A DNA stretch of 64,000 nt from contig CAXXVL010000002.1 in the NCBI GenBank assembly GCA_963667845.2, positions 1,504,001 through 1,568,000 on the forward strand, read 5' to 3'. Below, piece after piece: positions 1-11,553 of the stretch (position 1 is the first letter of the stretch; every line of letters starts with the position of its first letter). The position numbers and the translations under genes were made by a program. Under the pieces are notes generated by a model. The model saw nothing but the letters and a program-made list of their open reading frames with translations. It was not told where the DNA came from and made no database searches. This DNA is from Smithellaceae bacterium. Its GTDB lineage: Bacteria > Desulfobacterota > Syntrophia > Syntrophales > Smithellaceae.

Positions 1-1031
1 CCGACCGCTCTGATCCACAAGATATTGTTTTCCAGGCCGACCTCTGTTTTTCCGGAGGCCTTGAGGCGCTGTATCTCGGTTTGGATAAGATCCAGGTACT
101 GGATGACCAGTCCTTCGTATGATGAACGGATGGCTCCGTAGGCTTCAACGAATGGCCGGCATGATTTTAACACCTCATAATCGGCAGCACGATTTCTTTT
201 CATATACAGGAGATACTCCCGGATAAAAAAGTCGAATTCAAAGAAAGCATCCATTGTACTTTGTGAATGCCGAACCCATCCCAGAAACCCGTCGGCATCC
301 GATTCTTCCGCAAATTTGTATGCTTCGAGCATATCCAGGTAAAACTTTGATTGAAAATAATGGGAATGAAATTCCTCCAAAAGTCCGATCACACCAAAGC
401 GTTTTATGATGGTGCTTTCTTTGAGATAAGCATTGAAGAGAGGCGTTCTGAGGTTGTCCGGAATTTCTGCCGCCAGCTCTCCTGCCGGAAATAAGGATCC
501 TATTGGAAAAGAGACATAAAAGGATCTGGAGGAAGAAAGGTAAAAGAATGCTTCAGCCCTGTCCCAGTCCATCAGTAAATTATTCTCCCGTGTGTGGCTG
601 AAAACTTGGAACCGCTGTAGGGCCAAGGCGACGCACGCGATATTCATTGCCATACGGTCAATCCATTCGGACCTGCTGGTACCTCCTTTCAGATTGTCGA
701 AAGTCGCCGCCGGCTTCTTCATCGTGACAGTCCACCCGCCTTTTCTGGCACTTTCCAGTTCCGGAGGCAGACTCTCATAGCGCATTAATAAATCCCAGGA
801 GACAGGTGAATAGCGCTTTGTCGCCTCCTTGACCCATTCGGGGTTGCCGGCCGTTGTATCGGTGGCGGCAACCGCCAGGATCGGGCAAATGACGCCGATG
901 ATGACCCCAACAATTAAATGCGGCAGTTTGTGGTCCGTATCTCTCGGTGAATATTTAGAGGATGGATGAAAGGAATCAGCCTCAAGCGGGGCACGCATAG
1001 AAAAAATTGTCCTGTTGGCAATAATTCCCAT
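1..1031 (-). CDS. Hypothetical protein, 3' end beyond the window edge; hydrophobic stretch near the N-terminus
   Basis: Read manually: AGGAG RBS, then ATG at 1031 (MGIIANRTIFSMRAPLE...LIVGVIIGVICPILAVAA...GVIGLLEEFHSHYF...). Open to position 1. Not in the ORF track because there is no stop in the window. Confidence 0.75.
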   Translation of the reverse strand, partial: MGIIANRTIFSMRAPLEADSFHPSSKYSPRDTDHKLPHLIVGVIIGVICPILAVAATDTTAGNPEWVKEATKRYSPVSWDLLMRYESLPPELESARKGGWTVTMKKPAATFDNLKGGTSRSEWIDRMAMNIACVALALQRFQVFSHTRENNLLMDWDRAEAFFYLSSSRSFYVSFPIGSLFPAGELAAEIPDNLRTPLFNAYLKESTIIKRFGVIGLLEEFHSHYFQSKFYLDMLEAYKFAEESDADGFLGWVRHSQSTMDAFFEFDFFIREYLLYMKRNRAADYEVLKSCRPFVEAYGAIRSSYEGLVIQYLDLIQTEIQRLKASGKTEVGLENNILWIRAV

Positions 1032-1233
1032 GAAGATTTCTCCTGCCGAACTTCACACTGCCGTGTGAGCAGCTAAAGGAAATGGCGATTCCGTATTTTA
1101 TTTATCGGCATTCCATGATTAAAAATAAAGGCGAGAATCCCGCAAAATGCCATGAAAGGTTTGAACGCCGGTTTGCTCAGGCAGACTAAGACGAAGCAGT
1201 CGGCCGTTTCCGCCCACGGATTTCCTATCCCTT

Positions 1234-2310
1234 CTATCCCTGCTTGTTGAGCAGTTCGGCCTGGTGGTGAGAAGTGAGCGCGTCGATCATGGCGCCGATA
1301 TTGCCGTTGATAAAACTGTCAAGATCATAGCGGGTCAGGTTGATGCGGTGATCGGTAATCCGTCCCTGGGGGAAGTTATACGTGCGGATGCGTTCGGAGC
1401 GGTCGCCCGTGCCCACCTGACTTTTGCGCACCTGCGCCTGTTCGGCGTTTTGTTTTTGCACCATGGCGTCAAGCAGTCTGGCCCGCAGCACTTTCATCGC
1501 CTTGGCCTTGTTTTTTAACTGCGATTTTTCATCCTGACAGGTCACGACCAGCCCCGTCGGCAGATGCGTGATGCGAACGGCGGAATCGGTGGTATTGACG
1601 CTCTGGCCGCCGTGTCCCGTTGAACGGTAGACATCAACGCGCAATTCATTGGGATCGATCGTTAATTCCACGTCTTCTACTTCCGGCATGATGGCGACGG
1701 TGACGGCGGATGTATGGATTCTGCCCTGCGCCTCGGTGACGGGAACGCGTTGAACACGGTGCACGCCGCTTTCATATTTCAGACGGCTGTAAGCGCCTTT
1801 GCCCTCGATCTGGGCGATGATTTCCTTGAAGCCGCCCATGCCGCCCGCCGGTGAAGAACTGACGATTTCGACCCGCCAGCCCTGCGATTCGGCGTAGCGC
1901 GCGTACATGCGGAACAAATCTCCGACAAAGAGACCGGCTTCGTCGCCGCCGGTGCCCGCGCGGATTTCCAAAAAGACGTTCTTATCATCATTGAGGTCTT
2001 TGGGAAGAAGCAGAATTTTGATTTTTTCTTCCAGTTCAGCCTGTTCCTGCTCCAGCTGAGACATCTCTTCCTTAACCATGGCCCGCAAGTCTTCATCGTT
2101 TTCGAAGAGCAATTCTTTGTTGTCGGCGATGCGCTTCATGTTCTTTTCATACCGGCGGATGGTATCGACCAGGTCACTTAAGTCGGAGTGCTCTTTGGCG
2201 TATTTCTGATACAGCCCCTGCCTGGAAGCCACCTGGGCGTCGGAAAGCAGCCCTTCGAGTTCCTGGTAACGGAGTTCGATATCGCGTAGTTTGTTGAGTA
2301 TATTATCCAT
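1234..2310 (-). CDS. prfA: Peptide chain release factor 1
   Basis: GGQ motif ([15 protein letters not shown]), RF1-specific PxT (RVPVTE), [11 protein letters not shown]. Confidence 0.98.
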   Translation of the reverse strand: MDNILNKLRDIELRYQELEGLLSDAQVASRQGLYQKYAKEHSDLSDLVDTIRRYEKNMKRIADNKELLFENDEDLRAMVKEEMSQLEQEQAELEEKIKILLLPKDLNDDKNVFLEIRAGTGGDEAGLFVGDLFRMYARYAESQGWRVEIVSSSPAGGMGGFKEIIAQIEGKGAYSRLKYESGVHRVQRVPVTEAQGRIHTSAVTVAIMPEVEDVELTIDPNELRVDVYRSTGHGGQSVNTTDSAVRITHLPTGLVVTCQDEKSQLKNKAKAMKVLRARLLDAMVQKQNAEQAQVRKSQVGTGDRSERIRTYNFPQGRITDHRINLTRYDLDSFINGNIGAMIDALTSHHQAELLNKQG

Positions 2311-2475
2311 AGCCTAATCTGCCGGTATATTTTCAGGGAATGTTGGTTGTGGAGGATAAAGATGCACTTATAGCGCTCCTCTTTCTGGGAGGACGCAGCT
2401 ATAAATGCCGGGAATTCTGTAACCTGCTGTTGATCATGAGGACAAAGTCCAAAAAGGCATGCCTGCGGGTATGCG

Positions 2476-2724
2476 TTAACTTTTCGCTTTTTTTGTCGTT
2501 TTCTTCGTTGCCGGGGCGGTTTCGGCTTTGGGTGCGTATTTCCGCTTGAATTTTTCCACGCGTCCCGCCGTATCCATGAGCTTTTGCTTGCCGGTCATAA
2601 ACGGATGACAGTTGGAGCAAATTTCGATTTTGATGTCTTTCTTAGTGGACCGTGTTTCAATGACATTACCGCATACGCAAGTAATTGTTGTTTCTTTATA
2701 ATCCGGGTGAATGCCTACTTTCAT
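2476..2724 (-). CDS. rpmE: 50S ribosomal protein L31, Zn-binding type
   Basis: MKxGIHPDY, CxC and CxxCHPF motifs, GRVEKF; rho-rpmE-prfA order. Confidence 0.97.
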   Translation of the reverse strand: MKVGIHPDYKETTITCVCGNVIETRSTKKDIKIEICSNCHPFMTGKQKLMDTAGRVEKFKRKYAPKAETAPATKKTTKKAKS

Positions 2725-2863
2725 TTTTCCTTCTACCTCCTGACTCTTTATCGGTTGTCGTTAGATAAAGGTCTCTATAATTTTAAGCAGATGTGCTGCC
2801 TATACCATAAGCTCTAAAAATTCAAGCGAATTGTTGACGGGTCGGGTGAGCGCTTTGCCGTCT

Positions 2864-4111
2864 CTATGAATTCATGGAATCGAGAAATTCCTTGTTGGTT
2901 TCCGTTTTCCTGATCTTCCCGATGATGAATTCCATTGCATCGACCGGGTTCATTTCCTGCAGCAGACGCCTCAAAATCCAGACGCGGTTGAGATTGGCTT
3001 TAGGGATCAGCAGCTCTTCCTTGCGCGTGCCTGAGCGGATCAGATCGAAGGCAGGGAAGATGCGGCGGTCGGCAATGCGGCGGTCCAGATGCAGTTCCAT
3101 GTTGCCGGTGCCTTTGAATTCTTCAAAAATGACTTCATCCATGCGGCTTCCGGTATCGATCAAAGCGGTGGAGATAATGGTTAAGCTGCCGCCGTTTTCT
3201 ATGTTACGGGCCGCGCCGAAAAATCGTTTGGGTTTATGGAGGGCATTGGAATCAACGCCGCCGGAAAGCACCTTGCCGGAAGGCGGCACCACGGTGTTAT
3301 AGGCGCGCGCCAGACGGGTGATCGAATCGAGCAGAATGACGACGTCCTTTTTATGTTCGACCAGACGCTTCGCCTTTTCGATGACCATTTCGGCAACCTG
3401 GACATGTCGCGATGCCGGCTCGTCAAACGTGGACGAGATAACCTCGCCTTTGACGCTGCGCTGCATGTCGGTCACTTCTTCCGGTCTTTCGTCAATCAAA
3501 AGCACCATCAAAACGACTTCCTTATGATTGGCCGTGATGCTGTGCGCGATATCCTGCAACAACACGGTTTTGCCGGCGCGCGGCGGAGAAACGATCAGGC
3601 CGCGCTGTCCCTTGCCGATTGGCACGAATAAATCCAGCGTTCGGGTCGAGAAATTTTCCGGATCAAATTCCAGATTCAGTTTTTCCTGAGGATAAAGAGG
3701 CGTCAGATTGTCGAAAAGGATTTTGTCACGGGCTGATTCGGGACTTTCAAAGTTTACGGTATCGACTTTCAGCAAGGCAAAGTATTTTTCACCTTCTTTA
3801 GGGGGGCGAACCTCGCCGGCAATAGTGTCGCCGGTTCTTAAATTAAAGCGGCGGATCTGCGACGGTGAGATGTAAATATCATCAGGGCTGGGCAGGTAGT
3901 TGTAGTCAACGGCGCGCAGGAAGCCAAAACCGTCCGGCAGGATTTCCAGAACCCCCGAGCCGGAAATGACGCCATTTTGTTCGGCCTGCGTCTGCAGAAT
4001 GGCAAAAATCAGATCCTGACGGCGCATGCCGCTGGCTCCCGGGACATCCAGTTCCTTGGCCAGATTGTTGAGCTCGCTGATGGGCAGCCGCTTAATGTCT
4101 TCGATGTTCAT
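2864..4111 (-). CDS. rho: Transcription termination factor Rho
   Basis: DGFGFLR RNP motif, PPRAGKT P-loop, [22 protein letters not shown]. Confidence 0.99.
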   Translation of the reverse strand: MNIEDIKRLPISELNNLAKELDVPGASGMRRQDLIFAILQTQAEQNGVISGSGVLEILPDGFGFLRAVDYNYLPSPDDIYISPSQIRRFNLRTGDTIAGEVRPPKEGEKYFALLKVDTVNFESPESARDKILFDNLTPLYPQEKLNLEFDPENFSTRTLDLFVPIGKGQRGLIVSPPRAGKTVLLQDIAHSITANHKEVVLMVLLIDERPEEVTDMQRSVKGEVISSTFDEPASRHVQVAEMVIEKAKRLVEHKKDVVILLDSITRLARAYNTVVPPSGKVLSGGVDSNALHKPKRFFGAARNIENGGSLTIISTALIDTGSRMDEVIFEEFKGTGNMELHLDRRIADRRIFPAFDLIRSGTRKEELLIPKANLNRVWILRRLLQEMNPVDAMEFIIGKIRKTETNKEFLDSMNS

Positions 4112-4473
4112 AAATATTTCCTTATCTTGGATTAGTTACAGGCTCGATATTGAATTGAAACGATTTGTATTTACTGCATTAATTTTCAAGAAACGCACGA
4201 GGAGATTCACGATTTTTTAAAGCAGTTACGGATTTAATATCGGCTTGTTTTTTTGAATACTTGAATCGCTCCAAAGGGCAGGGCTAAAAAAGTCACCCCT
4301 CACGAATTAGGAAATAGGCTATATGAATCACGATCAACTGTCAAGATATTTTCTTGGCTGCTAAAAGATTAAATGATGTGAACCACATCATCCATAAATT
4401 TTCTCTTGATTCCTGAGCTGCACTAAACTAAATGAAATGTATAAATATTTTATAGATAAGAGGTTTATAGTTT

Positions 4474-5952
4474 ATGAGCGATGTTAACCCTGATAAGGAA
4501 TCGGATACTTTGTCAGACGACAACCTTCCGGAAATCCGCATGGAAGACCTGAGAGACGACCTGAAGGCGGCTTGCGTTCGTGCGGGCTGGACATCTTTGG
4601 TGCCGGTGCAGGCTAAAGCCATTCCCTATCTGCTGGCCGGCCGCGACGTCATGATTCAGTCTCGTACCGGCAGCGGCAAGACAGGCGCCTATCTGCTGCC
4701 CATTATGCAGAAAATCGATGTGCAAAAAAATGTGGCGCAGGCGCTGGTTTTAGTCCCGACCCGTGAACTTGCCCTGCAGGTATCCCGGGAAGCGGAGATG
4801 TTGACGGAGGGGACAGCGTTGCGGACAGCAGTTGTTTACGGCGGCGTCGGATACAACGCCCAGTTGGAGGCTTTCCGCGGCGGCGCTCAGCTGGTCGTCG
4901 GCACGCCGGGACGGATCCTGGATCATCTGCTTAAAAATACGCTTTCGCTGGATTATCTCACGATGCTGATTTTTGATGAGGCCGACCGGATGCTGTCTAT
5001 GGGATTTTATCCGGATATGGTCAAGATCCGTAAATATATTCCGACAAGCAGGATTGCGAGCAGCATGTTTTCCGCCACATTCCCGCCGCAGGTTATCCGG
5101 CTGGCCGGTCAATTCCTGCATGCCCCCGAACTGCTGAGCTTAAGCGGCAACGAGGTGCACATCGCCGAAAGCGAGCATATTTACTATGTCGTGCCGGGCA
5201 TGCGCAAGGAACGTTCTCTGGTCAGGATCATCGAAATTGAAAATCCCGCCTCGGCTATCATTTTCTGCAATACGAAAGATACCGTGCATTATCTGTCGGT
5301 CGTTCTGAAACGGTTCGGCTATGACGCCGATGAACTGAGTTCGGATTTGGCGCAGAACGCAAGGGAAAAAGTGATGGCCCGGGTGCGGCGCGGCGCGCTG
5401 AGATTTCTGGTGGCCACCGATGTGGCGGCGCGCGGCATCGACATTCCGGATCTTTCGCATGTTATCCAGTATGAACCGCCGGAGGATCCCGAAGCCTACA
5501 TTCACCGCGCCGGTCGTACCGGGAGGATGGGGTCGAGCGGCGTTGTCATTTCCGTCGTCGCGGAAATGGAAAAATTCAAACTGCACAGTATCGCGCGCTA
5601 TTACAATATCCACATGGAAGAACGTCCGCTGCCGGACGACGAAGAGCTGGAGCGCGTGGTTACCGAGCGCATCACCGCGCTTCTGGAGGCCAGGCTCCGC
5701 GGCCGTGATAATATCCAGATTGAACGCATGCAGCGTTTTATGCCGCTGGCCCGCAATCTGGCGCAGTCCGAAGAAGAACTGTCGATTATTACCATGCTGC
5801 TCGACGATTACTATCAGCAATCCCTGCATGCTCCGCCGGAGCAACCCGCTGCCGATGTTCGAGTCGAGAAAAGTGAACCTAAACCGCAGCCGCAACCCAA
5901 ACGCCCCGATACGAGGCCGCGCTCAAGAAGCAGAAAGCCAAGGACTTCATAG
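4474..5952 (+). CDS. DEAD-box ATP-dependent RNA helicase
   Basis: TGSGKT, PTRELA, GTPGR, DEAD, SAT, ARGID, HRAGRTGR motifs. Confidence 0.95.
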   Translation: MSDVNPDKESDTLSDDNLPEIRMEDLRDDLKAACVRAGWTSLVPVQAKAIPYLLAGRDVMIQSRTGSGKTGAYLLPIMQKIDVQKNVAQALVLVPTRELALQVSREAEMLTEGTALRTAVVYGGVGYNAQLEAFRGGAQLVVGTPGRILDHLLKNTLSLDYLTMLIFDEADRMLSMGFYPDMVKIRKYIPTSRIASSMFSATFPPQVIRLAGQFLHAPELLSLSGNEVHIAESEHIYYVVPGMRKERSLVRIIEIENPASAIIFCNTKDTVHYLSVVLKRFGYDADELSSDLAQNAREKVMARVRRGALRFLVATDVAARGIDIPDLSHVIQYEPPEDPEAYIHRAGRTGRMGSSGVVISVVAEMEKFKLHSIARYYNIHMEERPLPDDEELERVVTERITALLEARLRGRDNIQIERMQRFMPLARNLAQSEEELSIITMLLDDYYQQSLHAPPEQPAADVRVEKSEPKPQPQPKRPDTRPRSRSRKPRTS

Positions 5953-5954
5953 CC

Positions 5955-6854
5955 ATGCGGTTTACATTTCATCGGTCATTGCGATTCCGGTCCCTGGTCA
6001 TTGCGGGTTGTTTATTCCTGCTTGTTGCCTGCGCAACGACACCCGTCGTTGTGCCTCCCGCAAAACCGGCAAAAATTGCAGTCGTGCTGGGCGCGGGCGC
6101 ATCAAAGGGGTTTGCACACATCGGTGTGTTAAAGGTGCTGGAATCCCATCGCATTCCCATTCACATGGTGGTCGGCACGAGCGTCGGTTCCTTTGTGGGC
6201 AGTCTTTATGCCTATGGTTGCAATCCCTATGAATTGCAGACCATCGCCTTCGGCATTCAAAAAGATGATATCGCCGATTACATCATTCCGGACAACGGTT
6301 TCATTAAAGGGGAGAAGCTGGAGAACTTTATCAATCAGAAAGTGAAATATACGACGATCGATAAGCTCAAGATCCCCTTTTACGCTGTTGCGACCAATAT
6401 TCAAACCGGTGAAGAGGCGGTCTTCGGCCGGGGAAATACGGGCCGCGCCGTGCGGGCCAGCTGCTCGATTCCGGGTATCTTTAATCCGGTCATGATCGGC
6501 GGAAAGGCTCACGTGGACGGCGGTGTGGTCAGCCCCGTGGCCATCGATGTGGCGCGCAGGTACGGCGCCGATGTCATCATTGCCGTTGATATATCGGGCA
6601 GTTTAACATCTTCCGCGCCTACCGGGACCTTCGAATCCATCATGCAGGCGGTCGATATCATGTACGGCAAAATGGCGGCGGCGCAACTGAAGAATGCCGA
6701 CATCATCATCAAACCAAAGGTGGGATACATCGGTTCCAGCGATTTCAGCAAAAGACATGAAGCGATCATGGAAGGCGAAAAAGCGGCGGCCGAAGCGATG
6801 CCGGCGATCGAGCAGATCATTTCCAAGCTGCGCCAGGAAGGCCGGCTGAGATAG
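5955..6854 (+). CDS. Patatin-like phospholipase, probable lipoprotein
   Basis: Gly-rich GAGASKG, nucleophile GTSVG, DGG; lipobox LVAC after a hydrophobic N-terminus. Confidence 0.9.
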   Translation: MRFTFHRSLRFRSLVIAGCLFLLVACATTPVVVPPAKPAKIAVVLGAGASKGFAHIGVLKVLESHRIPIHMVVGTSVGSFVGSLYAYGCNPYELQTIAFGIQKDDIADYIIPDNGFIKGEKLENFINQKVKYTTIDKLKIPFYAVATNIQTGEEAVFGRGNTGRAVRASCSIPGIFNPVMIGGKAHVDGGVVSPVAIDVARRYGADVIIAVDISGSLTSSAPTGTFESIMQAVDIMYGKMAAAQLKNADIIIKPKVGYIGSSDFSKRHEAIMEGEKAAAEAMPAIEQIISKLRQEGRLR

Positions 6855-6942
6855 AAATGTAAAAGTTCAATCACCGCCTGTTTCCCTTTACCCGCCGGAG
6901 TCGGATAGCAGCATCGGCCTTCCTGTTCGCGAGGAGAAAAGT

Positions 6943-9900
6943 ATGGAGAAACTTTTGCGGGTGCTACTGATTGATCGTCTGAAAAAAGATTCCGTCGCGA
7001 TCATTCGCGTCCTGAAAGAAGGCGGCTTTGCTCCCCGGTATGAGCAGGTGAAAACCCAACAGGCCGCGCGTGACGCCCTCCGGGACAAGCCCTGGGATGT
7101 TATTTTATACGGCTGCAATTTGCCGGATTTTGATGTTTCTCAGGCGATTGCCCTGGTCAGAGACCTGAATATCAATGTTCCCCTGATCGTTGTTTCCGGC
7201 GCCGTAGGAGAGGAAGCGACGGCGGATTTCATGAGATCGGGGGCCCGCGATTTTGTCAGAAAAGATAATTTACCCCGCCTGATTCCGGCCATTGAAAGAG
7301 AGCTCGCCAAAACAAAGTCCAGAATCGAGCGAAGACGAGCCGGACAGGAGCGCTTCGGCAGCGAGTTTCGGCTGAAATCACTGTTCGAGAACATGAATAT
7401 CTGCGCCATCATTTATGAAGCGCAAAATGATGGCGCGGACTTTACGCTCGCGTACCTCAACCGTTTTGCGGAGAAAACAGAAAAGGTCGATCGGAGAGAA
7501 CTGATCGGCAAATCGATGCTTATGACATTTCCCGGCGTCCGGGAAATGGGTTTTCTGGATGTTCTGCAGCGTGTATGGAGGTCCGGCCAGCCGGAGCAAA
7601 TGCCCGTCACGCATTATCATGACGACCGGATTCAGGGTTGGCGTGAGAATTTTGTCTACAAACTGCCGAGCAATGAGGTTGTTGTCTTATATCATGACAT
7701 AACCGAGCGGATAGAAACGCAGAATAGACTGTTCGCCAGCGAAGAAAAATACCGCCTTTTGGTGGAAAACAGCAATGAGGTAATATTAATCGTCCAGCAG
7801 GGTGTCGTGAAATTTATCAATCGCGCATCGATGGACCTGTTTGCTTCCTCCTATGACCGGCTGACGTCAACCCCGTTCACAGAATTTATCTACCCCGACG
7901 ATCGTGAGATGGTCCTGTCCAATCATCTTCGCCGGGTCAAGGGTGAAGAGGTGCCCCACCAGTATGTTTTTCGCATTGTCACCCCTGACGGGAAAGTGAG
8001 ATGGGCAGAAATACGCTCGACGCTTGTTTCCTGGGAGGGGAGTCCCGCCACTTTGAATTTTCTGTCAGATGTCACCGAGCGCAAACGGGCGGAAACGGCT
8101 TTAAGGGAAAGTGAGGAAAAATTCCGGTTCCTTACCGAAAGAATGACCGACATCGTATGGACTGCCGGGATGGATTTGAACACGTCTTATGTGACCCCTT
8201 CCGTCCAAAAGATACTGGGATTCACCCGGGAAGAACGAATGCATCAGCATATCAGTGACCAACTGACACCCGATTCCCTGTCCGTGGTGTTGGATGCCCT
8301 GGCCCGGGAGCTGGGCCACGAAGAACGCGGTGATGCCGATCCCGCAAGAACACTGAATCTGGAACTGGAATTTTATCACAAGGACGGGACGACGCGCTGG
8401 CTGGATATTGTCATAAGCGGGATCCGGGATGAACAGGGCCACTTAGCCGGTCTCCATGGCGCGGCCAGGGATGTCACCGAACGCAAAAGGGCCGAGGCAA
8501 AACTGAAAGAAAGCGAAGAGCGGTTCAGCTCCCTGTTTGACCACTCCAAGGACTACGTTTACGTTCTGGATCTTAACGGCACCCTCATTGACGCCAATTT
8601 CTCGGCGCTCAACATGCTGGAATATGATTGGTCGGAACTTTCTTCTCTGAGCATTCCAGACGTGGTTCATGAATCCGACGTAGCCAAAGCGATGAAGGAT
8701 TTCGAAGAAATCGTCCGCACCGGTTACCAGAACTATACAAGCGATTACAAAGTAAAATCTAAAAGCGGCAGGATCGTTCAGGTGGAAGCCCAAGTGTCCC
8801 TTGTTTACCGGGACGGGAGGCCTCATTCCCTTCTGGGCATTGCCCGGGACATCACGGAGCGGCGGCGGGCGGAAGAGTCCCTGCGGGAGAGTGAGAGAAA
8901 GCACAGAGAGTTGGTTGATTCTCTACCCATCGCACTGTTTGAGATGGACATTCAAAACAATTTCACCTCAGCAAACCCGGCCTTTCTCGACCTTTTCGGA
9001 TATCTGCGATCCGATCTCGAAAAAGGTCTGAATGCGGTTCAATTGGTCATGCCGGATGATCTGGGGCGCCTCGGGACGAATATTCCGCGGGTGCTGAGCG
9101 GAGAGAAAAAGGGTACGTCAGAATACGGGGGACTAAGAAAAGACGGCAGCACATTTCCTTTTCTGGTTTTCCCGAGCGTTATCATCCATGAGGGGAGGCC
9201 CATTGGGGTCAGAGGGGCCATCATTGACCTGACGGAGCGCAAACGGGCTCAAGAAGAACTGCAAAAGAACGAGGAGAAATACCGGAGCATTCTGGCCGGT
9301 ATTGAGGAAGGTTATTTCGAAGTTGACCTGGCCGGTCATATGATCTTTTTTAACGATTCTCTGTGCCGGATGTACGGGTACCCCAAAGAGGAAATGTCCG
9401 GACTGCATTACCGCAGCTATGCCGATGAAGCCACCGCGAAAAAACTCTTCACCGTATTTAATACCATGTACAAAACAGGCAACCCGTCTGCAACATACAG
9501 TTATGATGTGATCAGAAAGGACGGAGTCAAAAGAGGCATGGAGGCCTCGGCATCTTTAATAAAGGATGCCCGGGGCAAAATATCCGGTTTCCGGGGCGTC
9601 GTCCGGGATGTCACCGAACACAAGGAAATGGAGAAGGCCATCCGGCAGTCCGAGGAACGGTATCGAACGATCATCGAACAGATGGCGGACGGCTATTTCG
9701 AAGTCGATCTCACAGGACATTTTACTTTTATCAATGACGCAATGTGCGCCAATCTCGGCTACACGAGGGACGAGTTGATCGGGATGCAGACCCGACAATA
9801 CGTCGCCGCGGAAAAATTAAAGGAGGTATACGGACTTTTCGGAGAAATACTTGCCACGGGGGTACCCGTGAAGGCCTACGATCTGGAGTATATCAAAAGA

Positions 9901-11535
9901 GGCGGAGCGATCTCCTTCAATTCCATCTCGGCTACATTGATGCGCAATGCCGAGGGGGAACCCGTCGGCTTCCGGGGGATTGCACGCGATGTCACCGAAC
10001 ACAGGAAAATGGAGGAGGCCATCCGGCAGTCCGAGGAACGGTATCGCACGATCATCGAACGGATGGCGGACGGCTATTACGAAATCGATCTCACAGGACG
10101 CTTTATTTTTGCCAATGATGCGCTGTGCGCCCATCTCGGCTACACGAGGGACGAGTTGATCGGGATGCAGACCCGACAATACGTCGTCGAGAAAAAATTA
10201 AAGGAGTTATACGGACTTTTCGGAGAAATACTTGCCACGGGGGTACCCGTGAAGGCCTACGATGTGGAGTATATCAAAAAAGACGGAACGATCTCCTACA
10301 GTTCCGTCTCAGCTTCTTTGATGCGTAATGCCGATGGCGAACCCGTCGGCTTCCGGGGGATTTCTCACGATGTGACCGAACGCAAGACGGCCGAAATCAA
10401 GCTGAGGAATTACGCTGAGGAGATCAGGGATCTTTACGATAACGCTCCCTGCGGATACCATTCCCTGAGGCCCGATGCAACGTTTCTCCGTATCAATAAT
10501 ACGGAGCTTTCATGGCTGGGGTATGACCTTGATGAAATCATCGAAAAGAAAAAATGGACCGACGTACTGACCCCGCAGAGCCTGGCAAAATTTCAGAAAA
10601 TCTTTCCGATTCTTAAAGAGCAAGGTTGGATGAGCGATCTGGAGTATGATGTCGTCCGCAAAGACGGATCCATTTTCACAGTGCTGCTTAACGCAACGAC
10701 CGTTAAGGATCAAGACGGCCGTTTTATCCAGACCAGGGCAACCCTTTTTGATGTGACGCAGCTCAAGAAAGTGCAGGAGGAGTTAGACGAGAAGAATCTT
10801 GAGCTTATCAGGACGTATGAAGATCTTCGCAAGAAGCAGGCGATGATCCTCCAGCAGGAAAAAATGGCGTCCATCGGGATGTTGGCTGCCGGCGTCGCGC
10901 ACGAGATTAAAAATCCCCTGGCCATTATCCTGCAGGGTATCGATTATCTGCAGACAGCCGCTAAAGCGGATTCGCTGACGAGTGAAGTCATCGAAAGGCT
11001 GAACAAAGCCGTTCGCCGGGCTGACCGCATTGTCAAGGACCTGCTCAGTTATGCCCGCCAGCAGCCCGTGGCTCTCGTTGAACAGGACGTCCGGACGCTG
11101 CTTGATGAATCTCTGACGTTGACGGAACATGAATTCCACGCCAAGAATATCACGTTGATTAAGGATTATGCGGCGGATCTGCCGATGGTAGCGGTTGACG
11201 GCAATCAAATGAAACAGGTTTTTATTAACCTGATTCTCAACAGCATCGAAGCAATGCCGAAGAGGGGTAAATTTACCGTCAACGTCCAAACGACAAAAGA
11301 CGATGCGGACAGGAGGGTTCTTCAGCTGACCTTTAAGGATACCGGGCATGGAATTCCCGAGGACATCATCGAGCGGATCTTTGATCCGTTCTTTACAACG
11401 AAAGCCATAGGAAACACGGGTTTGGGACTTTCGATATCCAAAGGAATCATTGACAGGCATGGTGGAATCATATACGCTAAAAATTCGGATGCGGGAGGAG
11501 CGGCCATGATTATCAAACTGCCCTTTCCGTCATAA
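6943..11535 (+). CDS. Cytoplasmic multi-PAS (about 9 domains) sensor histidine kinase with degenerate N-terminal receiver
   Basis: Repeated PAS/PAC units ending D(V/I)TER, H-box AHEIKNPL, N-box QVFINL, DTGHG and GTG-like NTGLGL boxes. Confidence 0.93.
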   Translation: MEKLLRVLLIDRLKKDSVAIIRVLKEGGFAPRYEQVKTQQAARDALRDKPWDVILYGCNLPDFDVSQAIALVRDLNINVPLIVVSGAVGEEATADFMRSGARDFVRKDNLPRLIPAIERELAKTKSRIERRRAGQERFGSEFRLKSLFENMNICAIIYEAQNDGADFTLAYLNRFAEKTEKVDRRELIGKSMLMTFPGVREMGFLDVLQRVWRSGQPEQMPVTHYHDDRIQGWRENFVYKLPSNEVVVLYHDITERIETQNRLFASEEKYRLLVENSNEVILIVQQGVVKFINRASMDLFASSYDRLTSTPFTEFIYPDDREMVLSNHLRRVKGEEVPHQYVFRIVTPDGKVRWAEIRSTLVSWEGSPATLNFLSDVTERKRAETALRESEEKFRFLTERMTDIVWTAGMDLNTSYVTPSVQKILGFTREERMHQHISDQLTPDSLSVVLDALARELGHEERGDADPARTLNLELEFYHKDGTTRWLDIVISGIRDEQGHLAGLHGAARDVTERKRAEAKLKESEERFSSLFDHSKDYVYVLDLNGTLIDANFSALNMLEYDWSELSSLSIPDVVHESDVAKAMKDFEEIVRTGYQNYTSDYKVKSKSGRIVQVEAQVSLVYRDGRPHSLLGIARDITERRRAEESLRESERKHRELVDSLPIALFEMDIQNNFTSANPAFLDLFGYLRSDLEKGLNAVQLVMPDDLGRLGTNIPRVLSGEKKGTSEYGGLRKDGSTFPFLVFPSVIIHEGRPIGVRGAIIDLTERKRAQEELQKNEEKYRSILAGIEEGYFEVDLAGHMIFFNDSLCRMYGYPKEEMSGLHYRSYADEATAKKLFTVFNTMYKTGNPSATYSYDVIRKDGVKRGMEASASLIKDARGKISGFRGVVRDVTEHKEMEKAIRQSEERYRTIIEQMADGYFEVDLTGHFTFINDAMCANLGYTRDELIGMQTRQYVAAEKLKEVYGLFGEILATGVPVKAYDLEYIKRGGAISFNSISATLMRNAEGEPVGFRGIARDVTEHRKMEEAIRQSEERYRTIIERMADGYYEIDLTGRFIFANDALCAHLGYTRDELIGMQTRQYVVEKKLKELYGLFGEILATGVPVKAYDVEYIKKDGTISYSSVSASLMRNADGEPVGFRGISHDVTERKTAEIKLRNYAEEIRDLYDNAPCGYHSLRPDATFLRINNTELSWLGYDLDEIIEKKKWTDVLTPQSLAKFQKIFPILKEQGWMSDLEYDVVRKDGSIFTVLLNATTVKDQDGRFIQTRATLFDVTQLKKVQEELDEKNLELIRTYEDLRKKQAMILQQEKMASIGMLAAGVAHEIKNPLAIILQGIDYLQTAAKADSLTSEVIERLNKAVRRADRIVKDLLSYARQQPVALVEQDVRTLLDESLTLTEHEFHAKNITLIKDYAADLPMVAVDGNQMKQVFINLILNSIEAMPKRGKFTVNVQTTKDDADRRVLQLTFKDTGHGIPEDIIERIFDPFFTTKAIGNTGLGLSISKGIIDRHGGIIYAKNSDAGGAAMIIKLPFPS
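9607..10368 (+). repeat. Tandem duplication of a 381-bp PAS/PAC unit (9607-9987 and 9988-10368)
   Basis: Both copies begin GATGTCACCGAACAC and share long identical stretches (GCCATCCGGCAGTCCGAGGAACGGTATCG; GGCTACACGAGGGACGAGTTGATCGGGATGCAGACCCGACAATACGTCG). Confidence 0.95.
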
Positions 11536-11553
11536 TATCGATGAGGTGTTTTT

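Noticed and set aside
1102..1130. Sigma28 promoter (GCCGATAA on the minus strand)
   Set aside because: The -10 matches but no TAAA -35 at 15 nt spacing.
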